The notes below the pieces were generated by a model, which was not told where the DNA came from, made no database searches, and worked only from the letters and a program-made list of their open reading frames with translations. Positions 39,431 through 51,871 of a DNA stretch of 64,000 bases are shown in pieces (the stretch's first letter is position 1; each line of letters starts with the position of its first letter). This DNA is from an uncultured Acidobacteriota bacterium (GTDB taxonomy: Bacteria; Acidobacteriota; Thermoanaerobaculia; Multivoradales; SZUA-115). Location: the NCBI GenBank assembly GCA_963805975.1, contig CAWDVR010000004.1, forward strand, positions 288,001 to 352,000, given 5' to 3'. The translations under genes were made by a program, and so were the position numbers.

Positions 39431-40174
39431 ATGAAGCGACGTCACGAGCTCATCCCCAGCCGTGCCATGGACCGGCGCATGAACGTATGGTGCTACGGCC
39501 ACTGGGGCGCGCCGCTCATGGTGCTGCCCACCGCGGCCGGCTTCGCCCACGAGTGGGAGGCGCAGGGCATGACCGAGGCCATCGAGGACCTGCTCGACGG
39601 CGGGCGCCTCAAGCTCTACTGCCCGGAGAGCAACGTCTCGCAGTCCTGGACCAGCAAGGAGGCGAGCCCGCAGGAGAAGGCGCTGCGCCACCGCGCTTAC
39701 GAGTCGTTCATCGTCGAGGAGCTGGTGCCCTGGATCCGGCAGGACTGCGGTGCGCCAGGCATCCGGGTCGGGGTCAGCGGCGCGAGCCTCGGCGGCTATT
39801 ACGCGGCCAACTTCGCGTTGAAGTTCCCCGAGATCTTCCACTACGCGCTCTGCATGAGCGGCCGCTACGACATCACCGAGTTCACGGACGGCGCTTCCAA
39901 CTCCGAGATCTACTTCAACAACCCGCTCGCCTACGTCCCCAACCTTCACGGCGAGCACCTGGAGCGCGTGCGCCGCGGCACGCACGTCACCCTGGTCTGC
40001 GGCCAGGGCCCCTGGGAGGAAGGCTGCATCGAGGAGACCATCCGCCTGGCGGAGGTGCTGGCGGCCAAGGACATCCCGCACGAGCGCGACATCTGGGGCC
40101 ACGACGTCTCCCACAACTGGGTGTGGTGGCAACGCCAGGCGCGGCTGCACTTGACGAAGACGTTCGGGGCGTGA
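39431..40174 (+). CDS. Putative esterase (alpha/beta hydrolase)
   Basis: YGHWGAP, GASLGG nucleophile elbow, SGRYD, WGHDVSHNWVWW. Confidence 0.87.
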   Translation: MKRRHELIPSRAMDRRMNVWCYGHWGAPLMVLPTAAGFAHEWEAQGMTEAIEDLLDGGRLKLYCPESNVSQSWTSKEASPQEKALRHRAYESFIVEELVPWIRQDCGAPGIRVGVSGASLGGYYAANFALKFPEIFHYALCMSGRYDITEFTDGASNSEIYFNNPLAYVPNLHGEHLERVRRGTHVTLVCGQGPWEEGCIEETIRLAEVLAAKDIPHERDIWGHDVSHNWVWWQRQARLHLTKTFGA

Positions 40175-40175
40175 G

Positions 40176-40308
40176 GCCCCTCACCCCGACCCTCTCCCCG
40201 CTGACGCGGGGCGAGGGCGCCACCGCCCGCCGCGCGGAGTCGCTCGACCTCTCGCCAGCTCCGGTCCCCCCTCGCCCCGCTTGCGGGGAGAGGGCTAGGG
40301 TGAGGGGC
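40176..40308. repeat. Palindromic intergenic repeat (CCCTCACCCC..CCCTCTCCCC type), copy 1
   Basis: Two inverted units CCCCTCACCCCGACCCTCTCCCCGC...GCGGGGAGAGGGCTAGGGTGAGGGG between convergent genes. Confidence 0.88.
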
Positions 40309-40313
40309 TCTGC

Positions 40314-41291
40314 CTACCCGGCCATCACGTAGGCGAAGATCAGCGGCGCGACGATGGTGGCGTCCGACTCGATGATGAACTTCGGCGACTCTGTGGAGAG
40401 CTTGCCCCAGGTGATCTTTTCGTTGGGCACCGCGCCGCTGTAGGAGCCGAACGAGGTCGTCGAGTCGCTGATCTGGCAGAAGTAGCTCCAGAGCTTGACC
40501 TCCTGCTCCATGTCCTGGGCGATCAACGGCACCACGCAGATCGGGAAGTCGCCGGCGATGCCGCCGCCGATCTGGAAGAAGCCGAGGCCGGCCTTGGCCG
40601 TGGTCTCCTGGTACCAGTGGATCAACCGGTGCATGTAGTGCAGGCCGCCCTTCACCGTATCCAGCCCCAGCTCGCCGCGGACCGTGGCGGCGACGAACAT
40701 GTTGCCCATCGTCGAGTCCTCCCAGCCCGGTACGTAGAGCGGGAGGTTGCGCTCTGCTGCCGCGTGGAGCCAGGAATGCGCGGGGTCGATCTGGTAACTC
40801 GCCGCGAGCTCGCCCGAGCGCAGGATCTCGTAGAAGTACTCGTGCGGCAGGTGGCGCTCGCCGGCCTCGTGCGCCCGCCGCCAGCGCGCCAGGATGGTCG
40901 ACTCCACACGCCGCATCGCCTCCTCTTCTGGGATGCAGGTGTCGGTCACCCGGTTCAGCCCCTGTTGGGCGAGCTCCCACTCCTGCTCGGCGGTCAGGGC
41001 CCGCCAGTTGGGGATGCGCCGGTAGTGGTCGTGCGCCAGCAGGTTGAAGAGATCCTCTTCGAGGTTGGCGCCGGTGCAGACGATGGCGTGGACCTTCTCC
41101 CGGCGGATCATCTCGGCGAGCAGGATGCCGAGCTCGGCCGTGCTCATCGCGCCGGCCATCGTCACCAGCATCTTGTTGCCCTGGGCGAGCTGATCGATCC
41201 AGCCGTCCGCCGCCTCGACCACCGTGGCGGCGTTGAAGTGGCGGTAGTGATGGCGGACAAACCGCTGGACGGCCTTGAAGTCCTCGCTCAT
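40314..41291 (-). CDS. Deoxyhypusine synthase-like protein
   Basis: HFNAA, MAGAMSTAELG, TGANLEED, QIGGGIAGD, GSYSGAVPNEKITWGK. Confidence 0.92.
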   Translation of the reverse strand: MSEDFKAVQRFVRHHYRHFNAATVVEAADGWIDQLAQGNKMLVTMAGAMSTAELGILLAEMIRREKVHAIVCTGANLEEDLFNLLAHDHYRRIPNWRALTAEQEWELAQQGLNRVTDTCIPEEEAMRRVESTILARWRRAHEAGERHLPHEYFYEILRSGELAASYQIDPAHSWLHAAAERNLPLYVPGWEDSTMGNMFVAATVRGELGLDTVKGGLHYMHRLIHWYQETTAKAGLGFFQIGGGIAGDFPICVVPLIAQDMEQEVKLWSYFCQISDSTTSFGSYSGAVPNEKITWGKLSTESPKFIIESDATIVAPLIFAYVMAG

Positions 41292-41376
41292 GGCGTGCTC
41301 CCGGAAGAATGTTGCGATCTGGAGGCTTGGCAACGATCTGGTTTCGAACGGCGAGACTGTAGCACCAGCGCCGCGT

Positions 41377-42783
41377 TCAGCCGGTGCGCTCCGGCCCTTC
41401 CCGGACCTTCACCACCAGGAACGTCAGGTCGTCGGCCTGGGGCGCGCTGCCGCGGAAGGCGGTGAAGTCGCGGAGCACGGCGTCCCGCATCTCCACCGCG
41501 CCGGCGCTCGGCTCCTGGCGCGCGAGCGAAGCCGCCAGGCGGGCGAAGCCGTACGGCTCGCCGCTCGCGTTGGTCCCTTCGTAGAGACCGTCGGAGAGGA
41601 GGAGCAGCGTGTCGCCCGTCTCGAGCGGCACCTCACGCTCCCCGAACTCCGGCCGGAGCTGCGTGCCGAGCGGCACCGAGGGCAGGCTCACCTCTTCGAC
41701 ACGGCCGGCGCGGGCGACGAGCACCGGCGGATGGCCGGCGCTGGCGACGGTGGCGACGCGGCGGTGCGGATCGAAGACGACGATGGCGAGCGTCACCAGC
41801 ATGCGCCGCCGCGCCGTCTGCTGCACCATGCGGTTGAGCTTGGCGAGCACCTCGAGCGGCCGGTCGAGATCCTCGACAAGGATGGTCAGCGAGCTGCGCA
41901 CGCCGGCCAGGAGAAGGCCGCTCGCCATGCCGTGGCCGGCCACGTCGCCCACCACCACGGCGAGGCGGTCGCCGGGCAGCGGAAAGTAGTCGTAGTAGTC
42001 GCCGCCCACCTCGGTGGCAGGCCACGACAGGCTGCAGATCTCCAACCAGTCCTGCGTCGGGCAGTCCGCCGGCAGCATCGAGAGCTGGATCTCCCGCGCG
42101 TAGTCGAGCTCCTGGCGCATGCGGACCTGGACCCGCGCCTGCTCGCGGCCCTGGCGCAACCGGTCGACGAGCGAGCGCCGCACCCGGCGCGTGGTCAGGA
42201 GGCCGATCACCATCGCGAAGCCCTGGCTCGTGATCAGGGCCGGCAGCAGCTCGCCGGATTCCCTGCCGGCCGGCGCTTGGCCGAGGCCGAGGATCGCGAC
42301 CCCCAGGCACAGGCCGATGACCGAGAGGTGGAGCGCGATGCGCTCGATCGCCCGCAGCCGGAACGCCGGCACGAAGAAGCCCAGCATGATGGTGAGCGGC
42401 AGCAGGCTCTCCGTGCCGTAGGCGCTGGCGATCACCAGCGAGATCCCCAGCAGCAGCCAGCTCAGGGTGAGGGACCGCGGCGAGCGCTGGTACAGGCGGG
42501 CGATCGGCTGGAGGAAGCGGGTCCGGCCGGCGTGCGGGGGAACCTTCAGCGTCACCCGGCGCAAGCCCAGGAAGATCGCCGCGGAGAGGAGCACGGTCAG
42601 CGCGGGCATCGCCGCGAACGCCCCGCGCTCGCCCGCCGCCGCCAGGAACAGGCCGAACGAGATGAAGCCCACGACCGCCGAGAACAGCCGGCCGATGCGA
42701 GCGTTGCCCGCATCGAACTGGCGCGCCACCGCCTCGTCCTCGCCGAGGGTCGCCAGCTCGTCGAGGGTCAGCTCGTCGCTCAT
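41377..42783 (-). CDS. Membrane-bound PP2C/SpoIIE-family phosphatase
   Basis: N-terminal TM helices, AREIQLSMLP, VGGDYYD, GDVAGHG, SAGHPP, SDGLYE, DDLT. Confidence 0.92.
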   Translation of the reverse strand: MSDELTLDELATLGEDEAVARQFDAGNARIGRLFSAVVGFISFGLFLAAAGERGAFAAMPALTVLLSAAIFLGLRRVTLKVPPHAGRTRFLQPIARLYQRSPRSLTLSWLLLGISLVIASAYGTESLLPLTIMLGFFVPAFRLRAIERIALHLSVIGLCLGVAILGLGQAPAGRESGELLPALITSQGFAMVIGLLTTRRVRRSLVDRLRQGREQARVQVRMRQELDYAREIQLSMLPADCPTQDWLEICSLSWPATEVGGDYYDYFPLPGDRLAVVVGDVAGHGMASGLLLAGVRSSLTILVEDLDRPLEVLAKLNRMVQQTARRRMLVTLAIVVFDPHRRVATVASAGHPPVLVARAGRVEEVSLPSVPLGTQLRPEFGEREVPLETGDTLLLLSDGLYEGTNASGEPYGFARLAASLARQEPSAGAVEMRDAVLRDFTAFRGSAPQADDLTFLVVKVREGPERTG

Positions 42784-43883
42784 CGCACCGGCTCTCCGAG
42801 ACAGATCCCCAGCTCGCGCGCGGTCGCCACGGCGTCGCCGTCGAGCGGCACGGTCTTCAGGCGGCGGATGGCCTCCGACAGCGGCACCGCTTTGACCCGC
42901 GGCGGATCGACGGCCACCATCACCGAGAAGCGGCCCCGCGCCACCATACGCACCGCCGCGGCGCCGAAGGAGAGGGCGAGCAGGCGGTCGTGCGCCGTGG
43001 GCCCGCCGCCCCGCTGCAGGTGCCCGAGAGTCACGGTGCGCGTTTCCTTGCCGGTCCAGCGCGCGATCTCGGCGGCGATCGGCTCGCAGACGCCGCCCAG
43101 CCGCACCTCGCGGCCGATCTCTTGCGGCCCGCGGATCGTCAGTGCGCCTCCCGCGGGCTTGGCTCCTTCCGCAGCGACCACGATCGAGAAGCGGCGGCCG
43201 TTCGCCTCGCGGTCGAGGATCTTTCGCGCCACGGCCTCGAGGTCGTAAGGGATCTCCGGGATGAGGATCACGTCCGCGCCGCCGGCCAGCCCCGAGTGCA
43301 GCGCGATCCAGCCGGCATAGCGGCCCATCACCTCCACCACGAAGACCCGCTCGTGCGCCTCCGCGGTCGAGTGCAGGCGGCCGATGGCCTCGCTCGCCAC
43401 CGTCACCGCGGTGTCGAAGCCGAAGGTGGCGGCGGTGCCCTCGAGATCGTTGTCGATGGTCTTCGGTACTCCGACCACCGGCAGGCCCTTCTGCGCCAGG
43501 CCGTGCGCGATCCGCATCGAGCCGTCGCCGCCGATGGCGATCAGCGCGTCGAGGCCCAGGCGATGGAAGTTGGCCACCACCTCGTCGGAGCGGTCCGCGG
43601 TGGTGGTGCCGCCGTCCGGCTGCGCCACCGGGATGGCGAAAGGGTCGCCCTTGTTGGTGGTGCCGAGGATGGTGCCGCCCAGGTGGGTGATCCCGCGCAC
43701 CCGCTCGCGGTCGAGGGGGACGACCTGGCTGGTGTCGAGGAGCCCCAGGTAGCCTTTCCGGATGCCGAGCACCTCCCAGCCGCGCAGCTCGGCCGCGAGC
43801 ACCGCGGCACGGATCACCGCGTTCAGACCGGGAGCGTCACCACCGCCGGTGTTGATGGCGATGCGACGGATCTTGCGTCTCAT
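42780..43883 (-). CDS. pfkA: 6-phosphofructokinase
   Basis: TGGGDAPGLN, IGGDGS, PKTIDND, EVMGR, LGHLQRGG. Confidence 0.95.
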   Translation of the reverse strand: MRRKIRRIAINTGGGDAPGLNAVIRAAVLAAELRGWEVLGIRKGYLGLLDTSQVVPLDRERVRGITHLGGTILGTTNKGDPFAIPVAQPDGGTTTADRSDEVVANFHRLGLDALIAIGGDGSMRIAHGLAQKGLPVVGVPKTIDNDLEGTAATFGFDTAVTVASEAIGRLHSTAEAHERVFVVEVMGRYAGWIALHSGLAGGADVILIPEIPYDLEAVARKILDREANGRRFSIVVAAEGAKPAGGALTIRGPQEIGREVRLGGVCEPIAAEIARWTGKETRTVTLGHLQRGGGPTAHDRLLALSFGAAAVRMVARGRFSVMVAVDPPRVKAVPLSEAIRRLKTVPLDGDAVATARELGICLGEPVR

Positions 43884-43894
43884 GAGCGGCGATC

Positions 43895-44416
43895 CTAGCG
43901 CGGGGCCAGCGGGCTCACCAGGATGCGGTCGATCTGCGGGTCGTTGCCCACCGGGAAGAGGTGCCAGCCCACGTCCACGAAGCCGCACTTGGCGTAGAAG
44001 GCGATGGCGCGGGCATTACGCTCCCAGACGCCCAGCCAGATGGTCTCGGCACCCGCTCGGCGCGCCTCCTCCCGGGCCGCTTCCATCAGCGCCTGTGCGA
44101 CGCCCCGGCCCTGCCACTTGCGGTCGAGATACAAGCGATAGATCTCGATCGGCCGGGGGCCCGTGACGCAGTCGGGCGGCGGCCCGGCCTTGAGCTGTGC
44201 GAAGCCGGCGAGCTCGCCCGCCACCTCGGCGAGGAGAGTCGTCATCGCCGGGTCTCGGAGCTCGGCCGTCTGCTGCGGGACGCCGTATCTTTCCTCGAGA
44301 AACAGCGCGAGGTCCTCGGCCGGAGTTTGCGGCGCGAAGGTGTCGCGGAAAGTTCGCGCTGCGATCTCGGCCAGAGGCGCTGCGTCGGCAACGGTGGCGT
44401 GGCGGATGATGAGCAA
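43895..44416 (-). CDS. GNAT N-acetyltransferase (PaiA-like)
   Basis: EIYRLY, QGRGVAQALM, IWLGVWERNARAIAFYAKCGF. Start uncertain. Confidence 0.85.
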   Translation of the reverse strand: MLIIRHATVADAAPLAEIAARTFRDTFAPQTPAEDLALFLEERYGVPQQTAELRDPAMTTLLAEVAGELAGFAQLKAGPPPDCVTGPRPIEIYRLYLDRKWQGRGVAQALMEAAREEARRAGAETIWLGVWERNARAIAFYAKCGFVDVGWHLFPVGNDPQIDRILVSPLAPR

Positions 44417-44436
44417 GGCCGGTGGGCTCTCGAGAG

Positions 44437-45056
44437 TCAGCGCTGCTGCAGCCGCGCTGCCTCGGCCGCGAGCCGGCGCACGCGCTGCCAGTCGCCCGCG
44501 GCCACCGCGTCGGCCGGAGAGAGCCAAGTGCCGCCCACGGCGCGCACGTTGGGCAGTCTCAAATAGTCCGGCGCGTTCGCCGGGCCGATGCCGCCCGTGG
44601 GACAGAACCAGATCTCGGGGAAGACGGCGGCGAATGCCTTGAGCGCGGTCACGCCGCCGCTCGCCTCGGCCGGAAAAAACTTGAGACAGCGAAAGCCCGC
44701 CTCGCGTGCCCGCATCACCTCGGACGCCGTCGCCACGCCGGGCAGGAGCGGCACCGCCCGCGTGCTCGCCGCTTCGGCCAGCGCCTCGGTGAGGCCCGGG
44801 GAGACCACGAAGCGCGCCCCGGCGGCGATGGCATCGTCGTACTGCGTGGCGGAGAGCACCGTGCCCGCACCGACCAGGGCACCGTCGATCCCGGCCATGG
44901 CCCGGAGCGCCGCGAGCGCTGCCGGCGTACGCAAGGTGACCTCGAGCACCGGAAGGCCGCCTTCGACGAGCGCCCGCGCCAGCGGCACCGCGTCCGCGGC
45001 GCGCTCGATCACCAGCACCGGCACCACCGGCCCCAGGGCGAGAATCTCTTCGATCG

Positions 45057-45060
<4 letters not shown>
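44437..45060 (-). CDS. eda: KDPG/KHG aldolase
   Basis: LEVTLRT, VGAGTV, FVVSPG, LKFFPA, FCPTGGI. ATGA overlap with edd. Confidence 0.95.
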
Positions 45061-46901
<1,841 letters not shown>

Positions 46902-46998
46902 AGCCCGCTAGGGTAGCAAAGGCCGGGACGGACAACACTTGACTGTGGCAGTAGGGCGGGAACGCCTGGGCGGCCCCGAGGTGTAGCACAATCTCTCC

Positions 46999-48198
46999 AT
47001 GCCCATCCCCGCCTACCACCGCGACCCCTATCTCCAATCCCTCGAAACCCGCGTGCTCGCCACCGGCTACGACGCCGACCGGCCGTATGCGCTGCTCGAA
47101 GACACAGTCCTCTTTCCCGAAGGTGGGGGGCAGCCGGCGGATCGGGGTTGGCTGCGATTGGGAGCAGGTGAGGTGGAGGTGGTGGACGTGCAGAAGGCCG
47201 AGGACGGGGCGCGGCACTATCTGGCGGCGGCGGTGGAGGCGGGGCCTGCGACGGTGGTGCTCGACTGGCGGCGGCGCTTCGACAACATGCAGCAGCACAC
47301 GGCGCAGCACCTGCTCTCGGCGGTGGCGGGGGACCGCTTCGGCTGGCGCACCACCGCTTTCCACCTGGGTGCGGTGATCTGCGACATCGAGCTCGACGTG
47401 CGCGGCCTGGGCGCGACCGAGCTCGAGACGCTCGAAGAAGCGGTGATGACGGAGATCCGCGCCGCGCGGCCGGTGACGGACCGCCGCGTGAGCGCCGAGG
47501 AGTACGCGGCGCTGCCCACGGTGAGGAGCCGCGGCCTACCAGCCGGCCACACGGGAGACGTGCGGCTGGTGGAGATCGCCGGCGTGGATCTGGCCACCTG
47601 CGGCGGCACGCACGTCTCCTCGACCGCCCACCTCGAGGGCCTGAAGCTTCTCGACACCGAGTCCCTCCGCGGCGGGGTGCGCCTCTCCTGGGTGGCGGGG
47701 GGTCGTGTGCGTTCGCGCCTCGCGGCGCACGAGGCGCGCAATGCGCAGATGCGCGCGGCCTTCAACACCTCGGACGAGGACCTCGCCACGGTGGCGGTGC
47801 TGAAGCTTGGCCAGCTCAAGGATGCCGCCCGCCGCGAGCGCCTGCTCTCGGACCAGCTCGCGGACCTCGCGGTGGACGCTCTCGCCGCCGCGCCCGCCCG
47901 GCTCGTCGAGCGGCACTTCGAGGGCGCCGACGCCGGCCTCCTCCAGCTCGTGGCGCGGCGGTTCGCGGCGCTCTCCCACGACAAGGTCGCCTTCCTCACC
48001 GCCGCGACACCCAAGGGCGGGGCCTTCGCGCTCGCCGCCGGCGAAGGCGCCGCGGTGGACCTGGCCGCCCTGGGGCGCGAGGCGGCGGCGGCCCTCGGCG
48101 GGCGGGGAGGCGGCTCGGGGCGCACCTTCCAGGGCCAGGCACCCTCCCTTGACCACCGGACCGAGGCCCTCGAGCTACTGGCCCCCTTTTTCCCGTAG
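46999..48198 (+). CDS. AlaX-type alanyl-tRNA editing protein with C-terminal DHHA1-like domain
   Basis: FPEGGGQPADRG, MQQHTAQHL (HxxxH), CGGTH (CxxxH), GGRGGG. Confidence 0.9.
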   Translation: MPIPAYHRDPYLQSLETRVLATGYDADRPYALLEDTVLFPEGGGQPADRGWLRLGAGEVEVVDVQKAEDGARHYLAAAVEAGPATVVLDWRRRFDNMQQHTAQHLLSAVAGDRFGWRTTAFHLGAVICDIELDVRGLGATELETLEEAVMTEIRAARPVTDRRVSAEEYAALPTVRSRGLPAGHTGDVRLVEIAGVDLATCGGTHVSSTAHLEGLKLLDTESLRGGVRLSWVAGGRVRSRLAAHEARNAQMRAAFNTSDEDLATVAVLKLGQLKDAARRERLLSDQLADLAVDALAAAPARLVERHFEGADAGLLQLVARRFAALSHDKVAFLTAATPKGGAFALAAGEGAAVDLAALGREAAAALGGRGGGSGRTFQGQAPSLDHRTEALELLAPFFP

Positions 48199-48255
48199 AC
48201 TCCGCCGGCAATTTCAGGCTCGGGAGCGGGACGGCGCGACCGGAGGGAGACGAGC

Positions 48256-49362
48256 ATGGCGCGGCAGGCTTTTACCATCGGCATCGAAGAGGAATACCAG
48301 ATCATCGATCCCGAGACCCGGGAGCTGACCTCCTACATCCAGGAGTTCCTGGAGCAGGGCAGGGTCGTGCTCAAGGACCAGATCAAGCCCGAGTTTCTGC
48401 AGTCCCAGGTGGAGGTCGGGAGCCAGATCTGCCACTCGATCGAGGAGGCGCGCGCCGAGCTGGTGCGCCTCCGGCGCTCGGTGCTCGAGATCGCCGACGC
48501 CAACGACCTTCGCGTGGCCGCCGCCAGCACCCATCCCTTCTCCAAGTGGATGGACCAGCTCATCACCGCCGGCGAGCGCTACACCAAGCACGAGCGCGAG
48601 ATGGTGGACGTGGCCCGGCGCCTGCTGATCTTCGGCATGCACGTCCACATCGGCATCGACGACAAGGACCTGATGATCGACGTGATGGACCAGGCGCGCT
48701 ACTTCCTGCCGCACCTGCTGGCCCTTTCGACCAGCTCGCCCTTCTGGTACGGGCGCGAGACCGGCCTCAAGTCGTACCGCTCGGTGGTCTTCGAGAGCGT
48801 GCCGCGCAGCGGCCCGCCGCCGGCCTTCAGCTCGTGGAGCGACTATCAGCAGACCATCGACATGCTGATCAAGACCCACTGCATCGAGGACGGCACCCGC
48901 ATCTGGTGGGACTGCCGGCCGCACTCCAAGTTCCCCACGCTGGAGTTCCGCGTCACCGACATCTGCACCCGGGTGGACGACGCGATCTGCCTCGCCTCGC
49001 TGATCCTCGCCATCGTCACCAAGCTCATCAAGCTGCGGCGCTCGAACCTCTCCTGGCGCCACTACCGCCACCACCTGATCACCGAGAACAAGTGGCGGGC
49101 GGTGCGCTACGGCATCGACGGCAAGCTGCTCGACTTCGGCCGCCAGGAAGAGGTGCCGTTCAAGGAGCTCGCCGTCGAGCTCCTCGAGCTGGTGGACGAC
49201 GTGGTGGACGGCCTCGGCGTGAGGAAAGAGGTGGAGCACGTGCACACCATCCTCAGGGAAGGCACCAGCGCCGATCGCCAGCTCGCCGTGTTCCGCGAGA
49301 CCCAGGACATGAAGGCCGTGGTCGATCACGTGGTGGCGGAGACGCGGAAGGGCTGCGAGTAA
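48256..49362 (+). CDS. ybdK: Carboxylate-amine ligase (YbdK / glutamate-cysteine ligase 2 family)
   Basis: FTIGIEEEYQ, FGMHVHIG, ALSTSSPFW, IWWDCRP, TLEFRVTD, ENKWRAVRYG. Confidence 0.92.
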   Translation: MARQAFTIGIEEEYQIIDPETRELTSYIQEFLEQGRVVLKDQIKPEFLQSQVEVGSQICHSIEEARAELVRLRRSVLEIADANDLRVAAASTHPFSKWMDQLITAGERYTKHEREMVDVARRLLIFGMHVHIGIDDKDLMIDVMDQARYFLPHLLALSTSSPFWYGRETGLKSYRSVVFESVPRSGPPPAFSSWSDYQQTIDMLIKTHCIEDGTRIWWDCRPHSKFPTLEFRVTDICTRVDDAICLASLILAIVTKLIKLRRSNLSWRHYRHHLITENKWRAVRYGIDGKLLDFGRQEEVPFKELAVELLELVDDVVDGLGVRKEVEHVHTILREGTSADRQLAVFRETQDMKAVVDHVVAETRKGCE

Positions 49363-49366
49363 GCGT

Positions 49367-49494
49367 CCCCTCACCCCAGCCCTCTCCCCGCAAGCGGGGA
49401 GAGGGGACCGGAACAAGAGAGGTTGGAGCGTCCGACCTGGTCGGGTGGTGGCGCCCTCGCCCCGCGTTAGCGGGGAGAGGGTCGGGGTGAGGGG
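49367..49494. repeat. Palindromic intergenic repeat, copy 2 (inverted relative to copy 1)
   Basis: CCCCTCACCCCAGCCCTCTCCCCGCAAGCGGGG...CCCCGCGTTAGCGGGGAGAGGGTCGGGGTGAGGGG between convergent genes. Confidence 0.88.
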
Positions 49495-51789
49495 TTACTG
49501 CGCTGGCGCCGGGTTCACCACCGTCTTCGAGTACACCAGGCTCGAGTCCGTGCTCCACACCGAGAGCGGCATGGTGTCCGCGGGCCGCTCGACGAGCGTC
49601 ACCCCGGGGAGCTGGGGCAGGCCGAAACGCTGGGTGACGACCTCGACCTCGACCGGCCCGCCGGCGGCCGGCGAGACCTCGATCTCCAAGCCTTCCGCCG
49701 GCGGCGCGTAGTAGAGCAGCGTCCTTTCCTTCCCTTCCTCACCGGCCAGCGGGCGGCCGTTGACGCGCACGGCGCCGAGCGAGGTGGCGGAGCGCAGCGT
49801 GACGATGGCGCGGGCCACCGGCTCCGGCCAGGAGAGGCCGAGCCGCACGGTCTTCGCCGCCGGGTCGCCGCCGGGGAGAGCCGTCACCTTCGCCGCGGCG
49901 AGCGGCGCCATCGGGGCCGGTGCGGTGAGCACCGGGGCGCGGATGCCGAAGGCGGGCGGCAGGGCCTCGCGTGTCGCGGCAGCGGGGATGACCTGCGAGG
50001 TCCAGGCGTCGGGCGCGCGGTCGTAGCTCGCCCAGCGCGCCGTGCCGGCTTCGGTGTCCAGCACGTAGACCAGGCTGTTCGGCCGGCGGCTGTCGGCGTC
50101 GTAGGCGGAGCCGAGCCGCACCGTCGCGATCAGCGCCAGGGCCGCGAGCAAAACTCCCACCGGGAAGCCCCAGCCGCCTTGCCCCGGCCTGCCCCAGGAG
50201 AGTCCCGTGCCGAAGAGCCCGAGCCCCAGGAGCACCACGGCCCCGGCCATGGCCGGGGCTGCGGCCTGACCGAGGGCCACGCCGAGCAGGCTGAGCGTCG
50301 GCACCCACAGGAGAGCCGTCACCACGACGGCGAGGGCCGCCAGCGCCACGGTCCCGGCGGGCAGCGGCGCTTCGGGCTCGGCCTGCCACCAGCGCGCCAC
50401 CGCGGCCAGCGTGAAGGCGAGCGGCAGGCCCACCATGTAGCTGGCGCCGGGTGCCGCGAAGGCCGCCGCCACCGCCAGCGCCAGCGAGACCACCAGGCCG
50501 CCGGCCGCCAGACCTTCCCCCTGGATCCGCCGGCCGAGGAAACGCTCGAGGCCGACGGTGAGGGCGAAGGCGGCGAGCGCCAGGCCCCACAGCACGAGCG
50601 AGGTGCTGCGCGCGCCGCCCCACAGGGTGAAGTCATGCGGGCCGGGGAAGGCCAGGCGCGCGCCCAGGGCCGCGAGGTAGCCGATGCCACCGATGGCCAG
50701 CAGGCAGGCGACGCTGCCCAGGAGCACGCCACCCGGTGTGAACCGGCGCCGCCGCAAGCCGAGCGCCAGTGCCGCCCCGGTGGCCACCACCAGGGCCAGC
50801 GCGAGCGGCAGCACCCAGAAGCCCGAGTAGCGCAGGAAGACGGGGCCGAGCAGGTTGAAGTACACCGCGTTGGGCTCGCCGGCCCGGGGCGGCAGCTCCT
50901 GGTTGCCGAAGGCGCGGGCCAGGGCGAGCGCCGCGTCGCCGTGGTGCTGCAGGCTCGCGAGGCTCAGCCGCTCGATCGAGTCCTGCGCCGTGTGGTAAGC
51001 CGCGGGGTCGTGGATGTAGGCGAAGTTCAGGCCGGGGACTCCTTTGCCGCGCAGCACCGTGAAGTCGGTGTCGTTCGGCATCAGCCGGTAGACCTCGTAG
51101 CTGAACGAGTAGGCGACCGGCCGCGGCACGGCGCGGCCGAGGGTGGAGATCAGAGGGCCGTTGCCGGGGCTGGTCTCGAACATCAGCGAGGGCCCGTCCG
51201 CACCCCGCGCCTCGAAGTTGAGCGCCACGCCCACCTCGGCCGCCCAGGGGTGCTGGTCGGCGAAGGCGTGGGCGCCGAGGAGGGCCACCTCCTCGCCATC
51301 GGTGAAGAGGAAGATGACGTCGTTCTCGAGGGGCTCGCCGCTCTTGAGGGCGCGGAGCGTCTCGAGCAGGACGGCGACCCCGGAGGCGTCGTCCGAGGCC
51401 CCCGGTCCGGCGGGCACCGAGTCGTAGTGGGCCATCAGCAGCACGGCCTTGCCCTTCTCCCGTCCAGGCAGGCGTGCGAGGACGTTGGCGACCGTGCCGC
51501 CGATGCCGCGTCCCGGCGAGAGCGCGGTCGTGGTCTGCACCTGCGGCTCGACGCCGAGGCTCCGCAGCCGCTCCACCAGCCAGGCGCGCGCCCGGCCGTT
51601 CTCGGCCGAGCCCATGGGCCGTGGCCGCCGGGCGAGGCTCTCGAGAGTGCTGCTGGCGCGCTCGGCGGAGAACTCTCCGGCCGGTGCCGTCACGGGCTTC
51701 GGGCGAGGGGGGGCGAGCGAACGAATGCCGATCGCGCCAGAGAGCAGAAACAGGACGAACAGGAAAGGAGCCGCGGACGACGCCTTCAT
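49495..51789 (-). CDS. M28 family membrane metallopeptidase
   Basis: AHYDSV, GASDDASG, TDGEEV, NFEARG, PNDTDF, YHT, followed by multiple TM helices. Confidence 0.92.
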   Translation of the reverse strand: MKASSAAPFLFVLFLLSGAIGIRSLAPPRPKPVTAPAGEFSAERASSTLESLARRPRPMGSAENGRARAWLVERLRSLGVEPQVQTTTALSPGRGIGGTVANVLARLPGREKGKAVLLMAHYDSVPAGPGASDDASGVAVLLETLRALKSGEPLENDVIFLFTDGEEVALLGAHAFADQHPWAAEVGVALNFEARGADGPSLMFETSPGNGPLISTLGRAVPRPVAYSFSYEVYRLMPNDTDFTVLRGKGVPGLNFAYIHDPAAYHTAQDSIERLSLASLQHHGDAALALARAFGNQELPPRAGEPNAVYFNLLGPVFLRYSGFWVLPLALALVVATGAALALGLRRRRFTPGGVLLGSVACLLAIGGIGYLAALGARLAFPGPHDFTLWGGARSTSLVLWGLALAAFALTVGLERFLGRRIQGEGLAAGGLVVSLALAVAAAFAAPGASYMVGLPLAFTLAAVARWWQAEPEAPLPAGTVALAALAVVVTALLWVPTLSLLGVALGQAAAPAMAGAVVLLGLGLFGTGLSWGRPGQGGWGFPVGVLLAALALIATVRLGSAYDADSRRPNSLVYVLDTEAGTARWASYDRAPDAWTSQVIPAAATREALPPAFGIRAPVLTAPAPMAPLAAAKVTALPGGDPAAKTVRLGLSWPEPVARAIVTLRSATSLGAVRVNGRPLAGEEGKERTLLYYAPPAEGLEIEVSPAAGGPVEVEVVTQRFGLPQLPGVTLVERPADTMPLSVWSTDSSLVYSKTVVNPAPAQ

Positions 51790-51871
51790 CAGAATCCCCC
51801 TTTGTAAGGCCGGCGATGCACGAGTGCGCGCGCACGGTGGGCGCGGGACACCCGAGTCAATTCACCCCGGA